Shown here piece after piece: positions 1 through 9,616 of a stretch of 32,000 nucleotides of DNA (positions are counted from its first letter, which is position 1; each line of letters starts with the position of its first letter). Origin of the DNA: Mycoplasma mobile 163K (lineage in GTDB: Bacteria; Bacillota_I; Bacilli_A; Mycoplasmatales; Metamycoplasmataceae); NCBI RefSeq assembly GCF_000008365.1, contig NC_006908.1, positions 30,001 to 62,000 on the forward strand, read 5' to 3'. The notes under the pieces are model-generated. The model was not told the origin of the DNA and ran no database searches. It saw only the letters and a list, made by a program, of their open reading frames with translations. A program made the translations under genes and the position numbers.

Positions 1-901
1 GTATTTCTAATTCATTTTTAGCTAATCTATTTTCTTGAGTATTAAAATATCTTTTAAAAAAGTCTTGTGAATATTCCATTTGTCTTAAATTTATTGGATT
101 ATTAATTTTATTTATAAATTCTTCTCTATTCACATTTTCATCAATATCAAATTTAACTCTTGAAGTATTTATTCTTATTAAATAAGTATAATCAAAACCA
201 TTATTATCAGCTCTTTGTTTTTTCTCTAATAAGAAAAATCCATTTTCAGTTGTAAATGTTTCAGGATTAATATTATTATAAGTAGCATCAACAAAAAAAC
301 TACCAGCATAATCGTTTGGAACTAAATCTTTGGGGCTTAAATTAGCATTTTTAAGCCCTATTAATAAGCGGTAAGCTGAAGTTAATTTATCTTCACTATT
401 TATAGTACCTATCATTTCACTTGTTGGTATACTTGTAAATCAGTTAGAATTTCTACTTACATATGAATCATTTGAATTTAAATAAGTTAGACCTCTTAAT
501 CTATCTTGAATTGTTTCTTTTGTATAGCGAAGATCTATTCGGGAAACATTATTTCTACTAATTTCTTTTATTAATTCTATATGTTCTACAGCATTTCTTG
601 GAATACTTAAATCTTTATTTAAAAGTGGTGAAACTAAAATTCTTTCAAGAATTTCATTATTAGCAAAATCTCCATATGCATAACCACTAGCATATTTATT
701 ATTTGTAGGAGCTAAAATTTCTGCAGATGAATTTTCTATAAAATTAGCATTTACCTTATTTTTATTTAAAGTAAAAGTTTCTTCTTGAATGAATTTTTCT
801 TGTGATTTTTTAATTAAAATAACACCATTAAACAAAAAAGAACTTAATGCTAGAGTTCCACTAAAAAAGAAAATTGTTTTTAAAAATTTATTTACCTTCA
901 T
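1..901 (-). CDS. Tandem-family membrane-anchored surface protein, copy 1 (N-terminal ~300 aa only; the gene runs off the left edge)
   Basis: With table 4, track ORF 440..964 continues in frame through TGA at 440..442 down to base 1. ATG at 901..899 is preceded by GGAG (ggagttatATG). The N-terminus MKVNKFLKTIFFFSGTLALSSFLFNG is a hydrophobic signal/anchor. The track's upstream extension MLKTILDNF... (GTG at 964) covers the promoter and is not used. Confidence 0.75.
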
Positions 902-929
902 ATAACTCCATTTTGTTTGCAATATAAAA

Positions 930-938
930 ATTATATCA
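930..938 (-). promoter_or_regulatory. Extended -10 box (TGATATAAT on the minus strand) upstream of copy 1
   Basis: Minus strand reads tttTGaTATAATttttatattgcaaacaaaatGGAGttatATG. The element recurs identically upstream of every copy. No convincing -35 at 17 bp spacing. Confidence 0.45.
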
Positions 939-1004
939 AAATTATCTAATATGGTTTTCAACACTAATTTAAAGCTATTTCGCTAGTGCTTAATTCAAAA
1001 AATT

Positions 1005-3335
1005 TTATTTTTTACTTTTTTTTGACTTAATGAATTTTCATAAACTAAAAGAAGTAATTGCAACTACTAAAAAGCTAGCACTAATAGAACCTATAATTAC
1101 AGGTAAATTATTGTTAATAAGAACATCAAATCCTAAAACAAGTCCTAAATCTTGATTTAAAGTAAAATCTTTATTTGTAATTTCATTATTTACAACATTA
1201 GTATTAAATTCATTTACTAAATTTCATTGAATTCTAATTTTTGCACTACCATTAGCTTTATTTGCTTCATAAATTTCTAAAAAATTTATTTTTGATAAGT
1301 ATTCTAAATCTGAAATTATTAAACCTTTTAAAGCCAATTCTTTTTTAAATTCTTCGATTGATTTATTATTTCTACTAAATATTTCATTTTCAGGGGTAAT
1401 TTTATTATTAATTTCCATTTTCATTTTTGAACTATCAAAATTTTGGAATCCTTTTATTTCAAAAGAGTTGAAAAATTCAAAACCTTTTTCTATTAATTGC
1501 AATATTGTTCGATTAAAATTAATTTTAATATTTGCACTTCCGTTTAAAATATCACTATTTGAAATTTCAATACTATCAATAGTTTTTTCGATTTCTGGAT
1601 TTTCAAAATTTAATCCTGTAAATCTCAAATCTTTATTAAGATACATTCCATCAATAGCAAAAAAATTATTATTTGCATTAACTCATTTTGGATAGGATGA
1701 ATTATTATTAATATTAACAGCTTTAAAAGAATTGAAAGGTGTTAAAAATTCATGAGAATAAGTTCTTATTTGCCTATCAACTTCTGAAAGAGAAAATTCC
1801 ACATTTTCAAAATTAATTTTAATATTTGCTCTTCCGGTAATAAAATCACTTTTACTTATCTCAATTGATTTAATTTGTGTAGTCATAAAATCATTAACAT
1901 TATTTAAAATAATTCCATTAGCATCAAATTGAGCTCTTGTATATATTCCATCTACAGAAAAAATATTATTATTAAAACTTAAATTATTTTCTACTCAATT
2001 ATTAAAATTATTATCTTCTAATTTTCTAAAGAAATAATTCATTGGAATTCTAATAATTGTTTTTCTAAAATTCTCAACAACATTTCCATTAGGAAGAGTT
2101 AGATTTTTTGGTCCTTTTTCTACAAATAAATCTTTATAATTAATATTAACAAATCCTAAATTTGGATTTTGTCCTCCCTTAATCATATAAATATCACTTA
2201 ATATTTTATGAATTCTCTCTCCTAAAATTTCTTCAATTTCTAAAGGAGTATGAATCACTACTCCACTATTAAATGGTCTTGTGTTTAATTTTTGATTAAT
2301 ATATGTATCATCATATTCAACATCAATAAAAAATCTATCTTCTATTTTTAAATTCACATCATTTTTCACAAAAAGATCTAATTTAGGAATACTTAAATTT
2401 CCTAATTCATTTTTAATACTTAATTTTTCTAAAAGTATTTCTAATTCATTTTTAGCTAATCTATTTTCTTGAGTATTAAAATATCTTTTAAAAAAGTCTT
2501 GTGAATATTCCATTTGTCTTAAATTTATTGGATTATTAATTTTATTTATAAATTCTTCTCTATTCACATTTTCATCAATATCAAATTTAACTCTTGAAGT
2601 ATTTATTCTTATTAAATAAGTATAATCAAAACCATTATTATCAGCTCTTTGTTTTTTCTCTAATAAGAAAAATCCATTTTCGGTTGTAAATGTTTCAGGA
2701 TTAGTATTGTTATAAGTTGCTTCAACAAAAAAACTACCAGCATAATCATTTGGAGCTAAATCTTTGGGGCTTAAATTAGCATTTTTAAGTCCTACTAATA
2801 AGCGATAAGCTGAAGATTGTTTGCCATGAGAATTTATACTATCTATCATTTCATTTGTTGGTATACTTGTAAATCAGTTAGAATTTCTACTTATATATGA
2901 ATCGTTTGAATTTAAATAAGTTAAACCTATTAATCTATCTTGAATTGTTTCTTTTGTATAACGAAGATCTATTCGGGAAACATTATTTCTACTAATTTCT
3001 TTTATTAATTCTATATGTTCTACAGCATTTCTTGGAATACTTAAATCTTTATTTAAAAGTGGTGAAACTAAAATTCTTTCAAGAATTTCATTATCAGAAA
3101 AATCTCCATATGCATAACCACTAGCATATTTATTATTTGTAGGAGCTAAAATTTCTGCAGATGAATTTTCTATAAAATTAGCATTTACCTTATTTTTATT
3201 TAAAGTAAAAGTTTCTTCTTGAATGAATTTTTCTTGTGATTTTTTAATTAAAATAACACCATTAAACAAAAAAGAACTTAATGCTAGAGTTCCACTAAAA
3301 AAGAAAATTGTTTTTAAAAGTTTATTTACCTTCAT
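1005..3335 (-). CDS. Tandem-family membrane-anchored surface protein, copy 2 (776 aa)
   Basis: Table-4 fusion of track ORFs 2874..3398, 1995..2849, 1683..1886 and 1224..1646. Gaps of 24, 108 and 36 nt are all in frame and each junction is a TGA. In-frame 1005..1223 is added, ending in TAA at 1005..1007. ATG at 3335 follows GGAG. N-terminal hydrophobic anchor; C-terminal TM LPVIIGSISASFLVVAITSFSLW followed by KFIKSKKSKK. Confidence 0.85.
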
Positions 3336-3363
3336 ATAACTCCATTTTGTTTGCAATATAAAA

Positions 3364-3372
3364 ATTATATCA
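3364..3372 (-). promoter_or_regulatory. Extended -10 box upstream of copy 2
   Basis: Identical TGATATAAT element at the same offset from the ATG as in the other units. Confidence 0.45.
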
Positions 3373-3438
3373 AAATTATCTAATATGGTTTTCAACACTA
3401 ATTTAAAGCTATTTCGCTAGTGCTTAATTCAAAAAATT

Positions 3439-5766
3439 TTATTTTTTACTTTTTTTTGACTTAATGAATTTTCGTAAACTAAAAGAAACAATAGCAAATG
3501 CTAAAAATGCGCCACTAATAGAACCTACAATAATTGCTAAATTATTATTAGTAGGAACATCAAATCCTAAAACAAGTCCTAAATCTTGATTTAAGATAAA
3601 ATCTTTATTTGTAATTTCATTATTTACTACATTAGTATTAAATTCATTTACTAAATTTCATTGAATTCTAATTTTTGCACTACCATTAGTTTTATTTGCT
3701 TCATAAATTTCTAAAAAATTTATTTTTGATAAGTATTCTAAATCTGAAATTATTAAACCTTTTAAAGCCAATTCTTTTTTAAATTCTTCGATTGATTTAT
3801 TATTTCTACTAAATATTTCATTTTCAGGGGTAATTTTATTATTAATTTCCATTTTCATTTTTGAACTATCAAAATTTTGGAATCCTTTTATTTCAAAAGA
3901 GTTGAAAAATTCAAAACCTTTTTCTATTAATTGCAATATTATTCGATTAAAATTAATTTTAATATTTGCACTTCCGTTTAAAATATCACTATTTGAAATT
4001 TCAATACTATCAATAGTTTTTTCGATTTCTGGATTTTCAAAATTTAATCCTGTAAATCTCAAATCTTTATTAAGATACATTCCATCAATAGCAAAAAAAT
4101 TATTATTTGCATTAACTCATTTTGGATAGGATGAATTATTATTAATATTAACAGCTTTAAAAGAATTTAAAGGTGTTAAAAATTCATGAGAATAAATTCT
4201 TATTTGCCTATCAACTTCTGAAAGAGAAAATTCAACATTTTCAAAATTAATTTTAATATTTGCTCTTCCAGTAATAAAATCACTTTTACTTATCTTAATT
4301 GATTTAATTTGTGTAGTCATAAAATCATTAACATTATTTAAAATAATTCCATTAGCATCAAATTGAGCTCTTGTATATATTCCATCTACAGAAAAAATAT
4401 TATTATTAAAACTTAAATTATTTTCTACTCAATTATTAAAATTATTATCTTCTAATTTTCTAAAGAAATAATTCATTGGAATTCTAATAATTGTTTTTCT
4501 AAAATTCTCAATAACATTTCCATTAGGAAGAGTTAGATTTTTTGGTACTTTTTCTACAAATAAATCTTTATAATTAATATTAACAAATCCTAAATTTGGA
4601 TTTTGTCCTCCTTTAATCATATAAATATCACTTAATATTTTATGAATTCTCTCTCCTAAAATTTCTTCAATTTCTAAAGGAGTATGAATCACTACTCCAC
4701 TATTAAATGGTCTTGTGTTTAATCTTTGATTAATATATGTATCATCATATTCAACATCAATAAAAAATCTATCTTCTATTTTTAAATTCACATCATTTTT
4801 CACAAAAAGATCTAATTTAGGAATACTTAAATTTCCTAATTCATTTTTAATACTTAATTTTTCTAAAAGTATTTCTAATTCATTTTTAGCTAATCTATTT
4901 TCTTGAGTATTAAAATATCTTTTAAAAAAGTCTTGTGAATATTCCATTTGTCTTAAATTTATTGGATTATTAATTTTATTTATAAATTCTTCTCTATTCA
5001 CATTTTCATCAATATCAAATTTAACTCTTGAAGTATTTATTCTTATTAAATAAGTATAATCAAAACCATTATTATCAGCTCTTTGTTTTTTCTCTAATAA
5101 GAAAAATCCATTTTCAGTTGTAAATGTTTCAGGATTAGTATTGTTATAAGTTGCTTCAACAAAAAAACTACCAGCATAATCATTTGGAACTAAATCTTTC
5201 GGACTTAAATTAGCATTTTTCAGTCCTACTAATAAGCGGTAAGCTGAAAATTGTTTTTGATATTGTAAAATTGAATCTAATCTTTCTTGAGTAGGTATAG
5301 ACGTAAATCAATCACTATACATAGTTGTATAACTAAAATGATTATCAATACCTAAAGTACCCAATCTATCTTGAATTGTTTCTTTTGTATAACGAAGATC
5401 TATTCGGGAAACATTATTTCTACTAATTTCTTTTATTAATTCTATATGTTCTACAGCATTTCTTGGAATACTTAAATCTTTATTTAAAAGTGGTGAAACT
5501 AAAATTCTTTCAAGAATTTCATTATTAGCAAAATCTCCATATGCATAACCACTAGCATATTTATTATTTGTAGGAGCTAAAATTTCTGCAGATGAATTTT
5601 CTATAAAATTAGCATTTACCTTATTTTTATTTAAAGTAAAAGTTTCTTCTTGAATGAATTTTTCTTGTGATTTTTTAATTAAAATAACACCATTAAACAA
5701 AAAAGAACTTAATGCTAGAGTTCCACTAAAAAAGAAAATTGTTTTTAAAAATTTATTTACCTTCAT
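3439..5766 (-). CDS. Tandem-family membrane-anchored surface protein, copy 3 (775 aa)
   Basis: Table-4 fusion of 5308..5829, 4429..5001 (with 306 in-frame nt upstream lacking a Met), 4117..4320, 3658..4080 and 3439..3657. TAA at 3439..3441. ATG at 5766. The C-terminal anchor is a variant: LAIIVGSISGAFLAFAIVSFSLRKFIKSKKSKK. Confidence 0.85.
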
Positions 5767-5794
5767 ATAACTCCATTTTGTTTGCAATATAAAA

Positions 5795-5803
5795 ATTATA
5801 TCA
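5795..5803 (-). promoter_or_regulatory. Extended -10 box upstream of copy 3
   Basis: Identical TGATATAAT element at the same offset. Confidence 0.45.
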
Positions 5804-5869
5804 AAATTATCTAATATGGTTTTCAACACTAATTTAAAGCTATTTCGCTAGTGCTTAATTCAAAAAATT

Positions 5870-8233
5870 TTATTTTTTACTTTTTTTTGACTTAATGAAT
5901 TTTCATAAACTAAAAGAAGTAATTGCAACTACTAAAAAGCTAGCACTAATAGAACCTATAATTACAGGTAAATTATTGTTAATAAGAACATCAAATCCTA
6001 AAACAAGTCCTAAATCTTGATTTAAGATAAAATCTTTATTTGTAATTTCATTATTTACTACATTAGTATTAAATTCATTTACTAAATTTCATTGAATTCT
6101 AATTTTTGCACTACCATTAGCTTTATTTGCTTCATAAATTTCTAAAAAATTTATTTTTGATAAGTATTCTAAATCTGAAATTATTAAACCTTTTAAAGCC
6201 AATTCTTTTTTAAATTCTTCGATTGATTTATTATTTCTACTAAATATTTCATTTTCAGGGGTAATTTTATTATTAATTTCCATTTTCATTTTTGAACTAT
6301 CAAAATTTTGGAATCCTTTTATTTCAAAAGAGTTGAAAAATTCAAAATCTTTTTCTATTAATTGCAATATTATTCGATTAAAATTAATTTTAATATTTGC
6401 ACTTCCGTTTAAAATATCACTATTTGAAATTTCAATACTATCAATAGTTTTTTCGATTTCTGGATTTTCAAAATTTAATCCTGTAAATCTCAAATCTTTA
6501 TTAAGATACATTCCATCAATAGCAAAAAAATTATTATTTGCATTAACTCATTTTGGATAGGATGAATTATTATTAATATTAACAGCTTTAAAAGAATTGA
6601 AAGGTGTTAAAAATTCATGAGAATAAGTTCTTATTTGCCTATCAACTTCTGAAAGAGAAAATTCCACATTTTCAAAATTAATTTTAATATTTGCTCTTCC
6701 GGTAATAAAATCACTTTTACTTATCTCAATTGATTTAATTTGTGTAGTCATAAAATCATTAACATTATTTAAAATAATTCCATTAGCATCAAATTGAGCT
6801 CTTGTATATATTCCATCTACAGAAAAAATATTATTATTAAAACTTAAATTATTTTCTACTCAATTATTAAAATTATTATCTTCTAATTTTCTAAAGAAAT
6901 AATTCATTGGAATTCTAATAATTGTTTTTCTAAAATTCTCAACAACATTTCCATTAGGAAGAGTTAGATTTTTTGGTACTTTTTCTACAAATAAATCTTT
7001 ATAATTAATATTAACAAATCCTAAATTTGGATTTTGTCCTCCCTTAATCATATAAATATCACTTAATATTTTATGAATTCTCTCTCCTAAAATTTTTTCA
7101 ATTTCTAAAGGAGTATGAATCACTACTCCACTATTAAATGGTCTTGTGTTTAATTTTTGATTAATATATGTATCATCATATTCAACATCAATAAAAAATC
7201 TATCTTCTATTTTTAAATTCACATCATTTTTCACAAAAAGATCTAATTTAGGAATACTTAAATTTCCTAATTCATTTTTAATACTTAATTTTTCTAAAAG
7301 TATTTCTAATTCATTTTTAGCTAATCTATTTTCTTGAGTATTAAAATATCTTTTAAAAAAGTCTTGTGAATATTCCATTTGTCTTAAATTTATTGGATTA
7401 TTAATTTTATTTATAAATTCTTCTCTATTCACATTTTCATCAATATCAAATTTAACTCTTGAAGTATTTATTCTTATTAAATAAGTATAATCAAAACCAT
7501 TATTATCAGCTCTTTGTTTTTTCTCTAATAAGAAAAATCCATTTTCGGTTGTAAATGTTTCAGGATTAGTATTGTTATAAGTTGCTTCAACAAAAAAACT
7601 ACCAGTATAATCATTTGGAGCTAAATCTTTGGGGCTTAAATTAGCATTTTTAAGTCCTACTAATAAGCGATAAGCTGAAGATTGTTTGTCAGATTGTAAA
7701 ATTAAATCTAATCTTTCTTGAGTTGGTATAGATGTAAATCAATCACTATACATAGTTGTATAGTTAAACTGATTATCGATACTTAAAGCGTTTAATCTAT
7801 CTTGAATTGTTTCTTTTGTATAACGAATATTTATTTGAGAAACATTATTTCTACTAATTTCTTTTATTAATTCTATATGTTCTAAAGCATTTCTTGGAAT
7901 ACTTAAATCTTTATTTAAAAGTGGTGAAACTAAAATTCTTTCAAGAATTTCATTATCGGAAAATTCACCATATGCATAATCACTAGCATATTTATTATTT
8001 GTAGGAGCTACTATATGCTCTGCAATACTAATAAAACTATTTATATTTATTCTATCTTGATTATTTATAGAAGTATTATTAACGCTTCTTCTTACTCTTG
8101 CATTTGTATTATTTAAATTTTCAGGATTTCTTGTAATGTAATTGCTATTAACGGCAATGTTAGCAAACGAAAAAGAACTTATCGCTATAACTCCAACTAA
8201 AAAAATTATTTTCAAAATTTTATTTACTTTCAC
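5870..8233 (-). CDS. Tandem-family membrane-anchored surface protein, copy 4 (787 aa; divergent N-terminal module; GTG start)
   Basis: Table-4 fusion of 7739..8233, 6860..7432 (plus 306 in-frame nt), 6548..6751, 6089..6511 and 5870..6088. TAA at 5870..5872. The start codon is GTG (plus-strand cac at 8231..8233) behind the same GGAG. The first ~75 aa are unrelated to copies 1-3; homology resumes at APTNNKYAS. Confidence 0.8.
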
Positions 8234-8262
8234 ATAACTCCATTTTGTTTGTACTATAAAAA

Positions 8263-8271
8263 ATTATATCA
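8263..8271 (-). promoter_or_regulatory. Extended -10 box upstream of copy 4
   Basis: Same attatatca (plus strand) element. The region between the -10 box and the RBS differs slightly from the other units (A6 versus A5 run). Confidence 0.4.
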
Positions 8272-8376
8272 AAATTAGCTAATATGATTTTAAACATTAT
8301 TCTAACATTTTGCAAAATTAGCTTTTAAACTTATTGTTATATAAATTTGTTTTATCATAAAGATAATGTTTGAATG

Positions 8377-8382
8377 TATAAT
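8377..8382 (+). promoter_or_regulatory. Candidate -10 box (TATAAT, preceded by TG) for the small-ORF/protease operon
   Basis: Plus strand reads gaaTGTATAATttt, about 100 nt upstream of the ATG at 8480. A palindrome AGAAATAaaaaTATTTCT at 8405..8422 lies between this box and the RBS. A/T-rich context makes chance matches common. Confidence 0.3.
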
Positions 8383-8479
8383 TTTTGTGAATAGAGATAG
8401 TTAAAGAAATAAAAATATTTCTATTTCAATCTAATGAATTGCATTTTTTAAATAAAATTAAGAAGACATGAGGACAAAA

Positions 8480-8736
8480 TGGAAAATAAGAAAAATGAAA
8501 AAAATTTCGAGTGATTTAAAAATAATTTTGAAAGTTTAAAAAAAGCATATTCAAAAAAATATTTTTTAATAGAAGATGAAAAAATTTTAGCTAATTTTGA
8601 CGATTTGAAAGAAGCTTCTTATTTTCTTTCGAAAGAAGAAAATAAAGATAAAGATATTTCTATTCAAAGTGTTGAAGATTTAAATTTGAAAAATCAAAAT
8701 TTCTTTTCTAATATCGGAAGAAAATATGCCAAATAG
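8480..8736 (+). pseudogene. Small ORF (~85 codons if repaired) interrupted by a 1-nt frameshift in an A-run at 8519..8522
   Basis: ATG at 8480 has a good RBS (GAGGAcaaaATG) and reads MENKKNEKNFEWFK, then hits TAA at 8537. The adjacent frame is open from 8521 to TAG 8734..8736 (NNFESLKKAYSKKYFLIEDEKILANFDDLKEASYFLSKEENKDKD...GRKYAK) but contains no Met. One extra A would join the two parts. The 3' end overlaps the next gene's ATG by 11 nt. Confidence 0.45.
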
Positions 8737-9361
8737 AATTTTTCAAAAAATCCATGAAAATAAAATTATTATTAAAGTAATATTAGTTAATAATATAGAC
8801 ATTTTAAAGTTTTGGAAAAACAATTCTCATTTAACTGAAAAAGTAAATGATTTTGTAAAAGGAAAAATTTTGCAGCGATATGGAAAGTTAGTAGACATTT
8901 CTCAAGAAGAATTTTTTAAGATTCTTAATGAAGACATTCCTTTATGAAGTAAATGATTAGAGTTTCTTAAAAGTATTGAAAAATATCAAAAAGAAATATT
9001 CGCTTTAATTGATACCGGAGCTACAAGTTCAGCAATTTCTCAAGAAATTGCAAATGAGTTAGGTTTAATTTCAATAGGAAAATCATCAGTTCAAACAGCA
9101 TCAAATAGACTTATTACTTCCAAATATCTTGTGTCGTTATCCTTTTTAACAGAAAGCACTTTACTTTTACCTTCTATAGAAAAAAACTTTCAAGAAAAAT
9201 CCTTTTATACAAATAAATTAGTACCTTTTGAGCAGATTATAGAAGTAACAAGTCTAGAAAATTTAAGACAATCACAAAATATTGATATGTTAATAGGTAT
9301 GGATATATTGAAAAACACTCATTTTACTATTTTTAGTGACAATGCTATGATTTCTGTCTAA
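8726..9361 (+). CDS. Retropepsin-like (clan AA) aspartic protease domain protein, 211 aa
   Basis: Track ORFs 8726..8947 and 9131..9361 are in the same frame and are joined through two TGA codons (PLWSKWLEF). The product contains the catalytic-type motif ALIDTGATSSAIS and, ~100 aa later, MLIGMDILK. This is the DTG plus (I/L)LGxDxL pairing typical of bacterial/archaeal retropepsin-like proteases. Stop is TAA at 9359..9361. Confidence 0.7.
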
Positions 9362-9616
9362 AGTTTTTGTATTTTAATTAGTTTTGTAATTTCTATTTTT
9401 TCTCATCAATTCCATAAATCAATATTTGAGCAATTAATTCAAGCAAATTTTTTATTAATTCTTTTCTCCAGATTTTCTATAGATGTTTTACTTATCCATG
9501 CATTTCATTTTTCGGATTCCTTTTTCGTTATTAAGTCTTTTTTAATTTAGAATTTAGCTTTTATAAAATACTCATAATTATGTATTTAAAGAAATTATTT
9601 ATAATGGGAAAAACCC

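Larger units (their letters stand above)
1..8271. repeat. Head-to-tail tandem repeat, unit ~2434 bp (one gene plus its promoter per unit), more than 3 units in the window, continuing past the left edge
   Basis: Landmarks recur at fixed offsets. Gene starts are at 901/3335/5766 (offsets 2434 and 2431). True TAA stops are at 1005/3439/5870 (offsets 2434 and 2431). The -10 boxes are at 930/3364/5795/8263. Bases 1..440 align with 2435..2874. Confidence 0.97.

Noticed and set aside
902-964. The upstream extension MLKTILDNFDIIFILQTKWSY (GTG start) on the tandem genes. It also occurs at 3336..3398 and 5767..5829.
   Set aside because: The extension covers the -10 box and the GGAG RBS that serve the internal ATG (MKVNK...). 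The signal-like segment begins right after that ATG.
1468-6560. Plus-strand 75-aa ORFs at 1468..1695, 3902..4129 and 6333..6560.
   Set aside because: They are antisense to the large minus-strand tandem genes and recur only because the unit is repeated. They are low-complexity with no RBS.
1-8271. Whether the 2.4-kb repeat is an insertion sequence or other mobile element.
   Set aside because: There is no transposase-like ORF, no terminal inverted repeats and no target-site duplications. The units are strictly head-to-tail and each encodes a membrane protein.
8515-8522. Programmed -1 ribosomal frameshifting at a-ttt-aaa-a to join the two parts of the small ORF.
   Set aside because: In the zero frame the codons are TTT AAA. 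Slipping back gives ATT TAA, so it is not an X-XXY-YYZ heptamer in the correct register. I saw no obvious downstream stimulatory structure. A simple indel is more likely.
9358-9546. A minus-strand Trp-rich open frame of ~62 codons in the CRISPR trailer (..EKWNAWISKTSIENLEKRINKKFAWINCSNIDLWNWWEKIEITK..).
   Set aside because: It has no ATG, GTG or TTG start with an RBS, and it is open only from a TAA. It may be a decayed gene remnant, but I cannot support a call.
9598-9603. A TATAAT box on the plus strand 14 nt before the terminal repeat, as a possible antisense promoter reading into the array.
   Set aside because: Such hexamers occur by chance at high frequency in ~25% GC DNA. Repeat degeneracy, the ATTTGAG leader end and tracrRNA complementarity all indicate minus-strand transcription.
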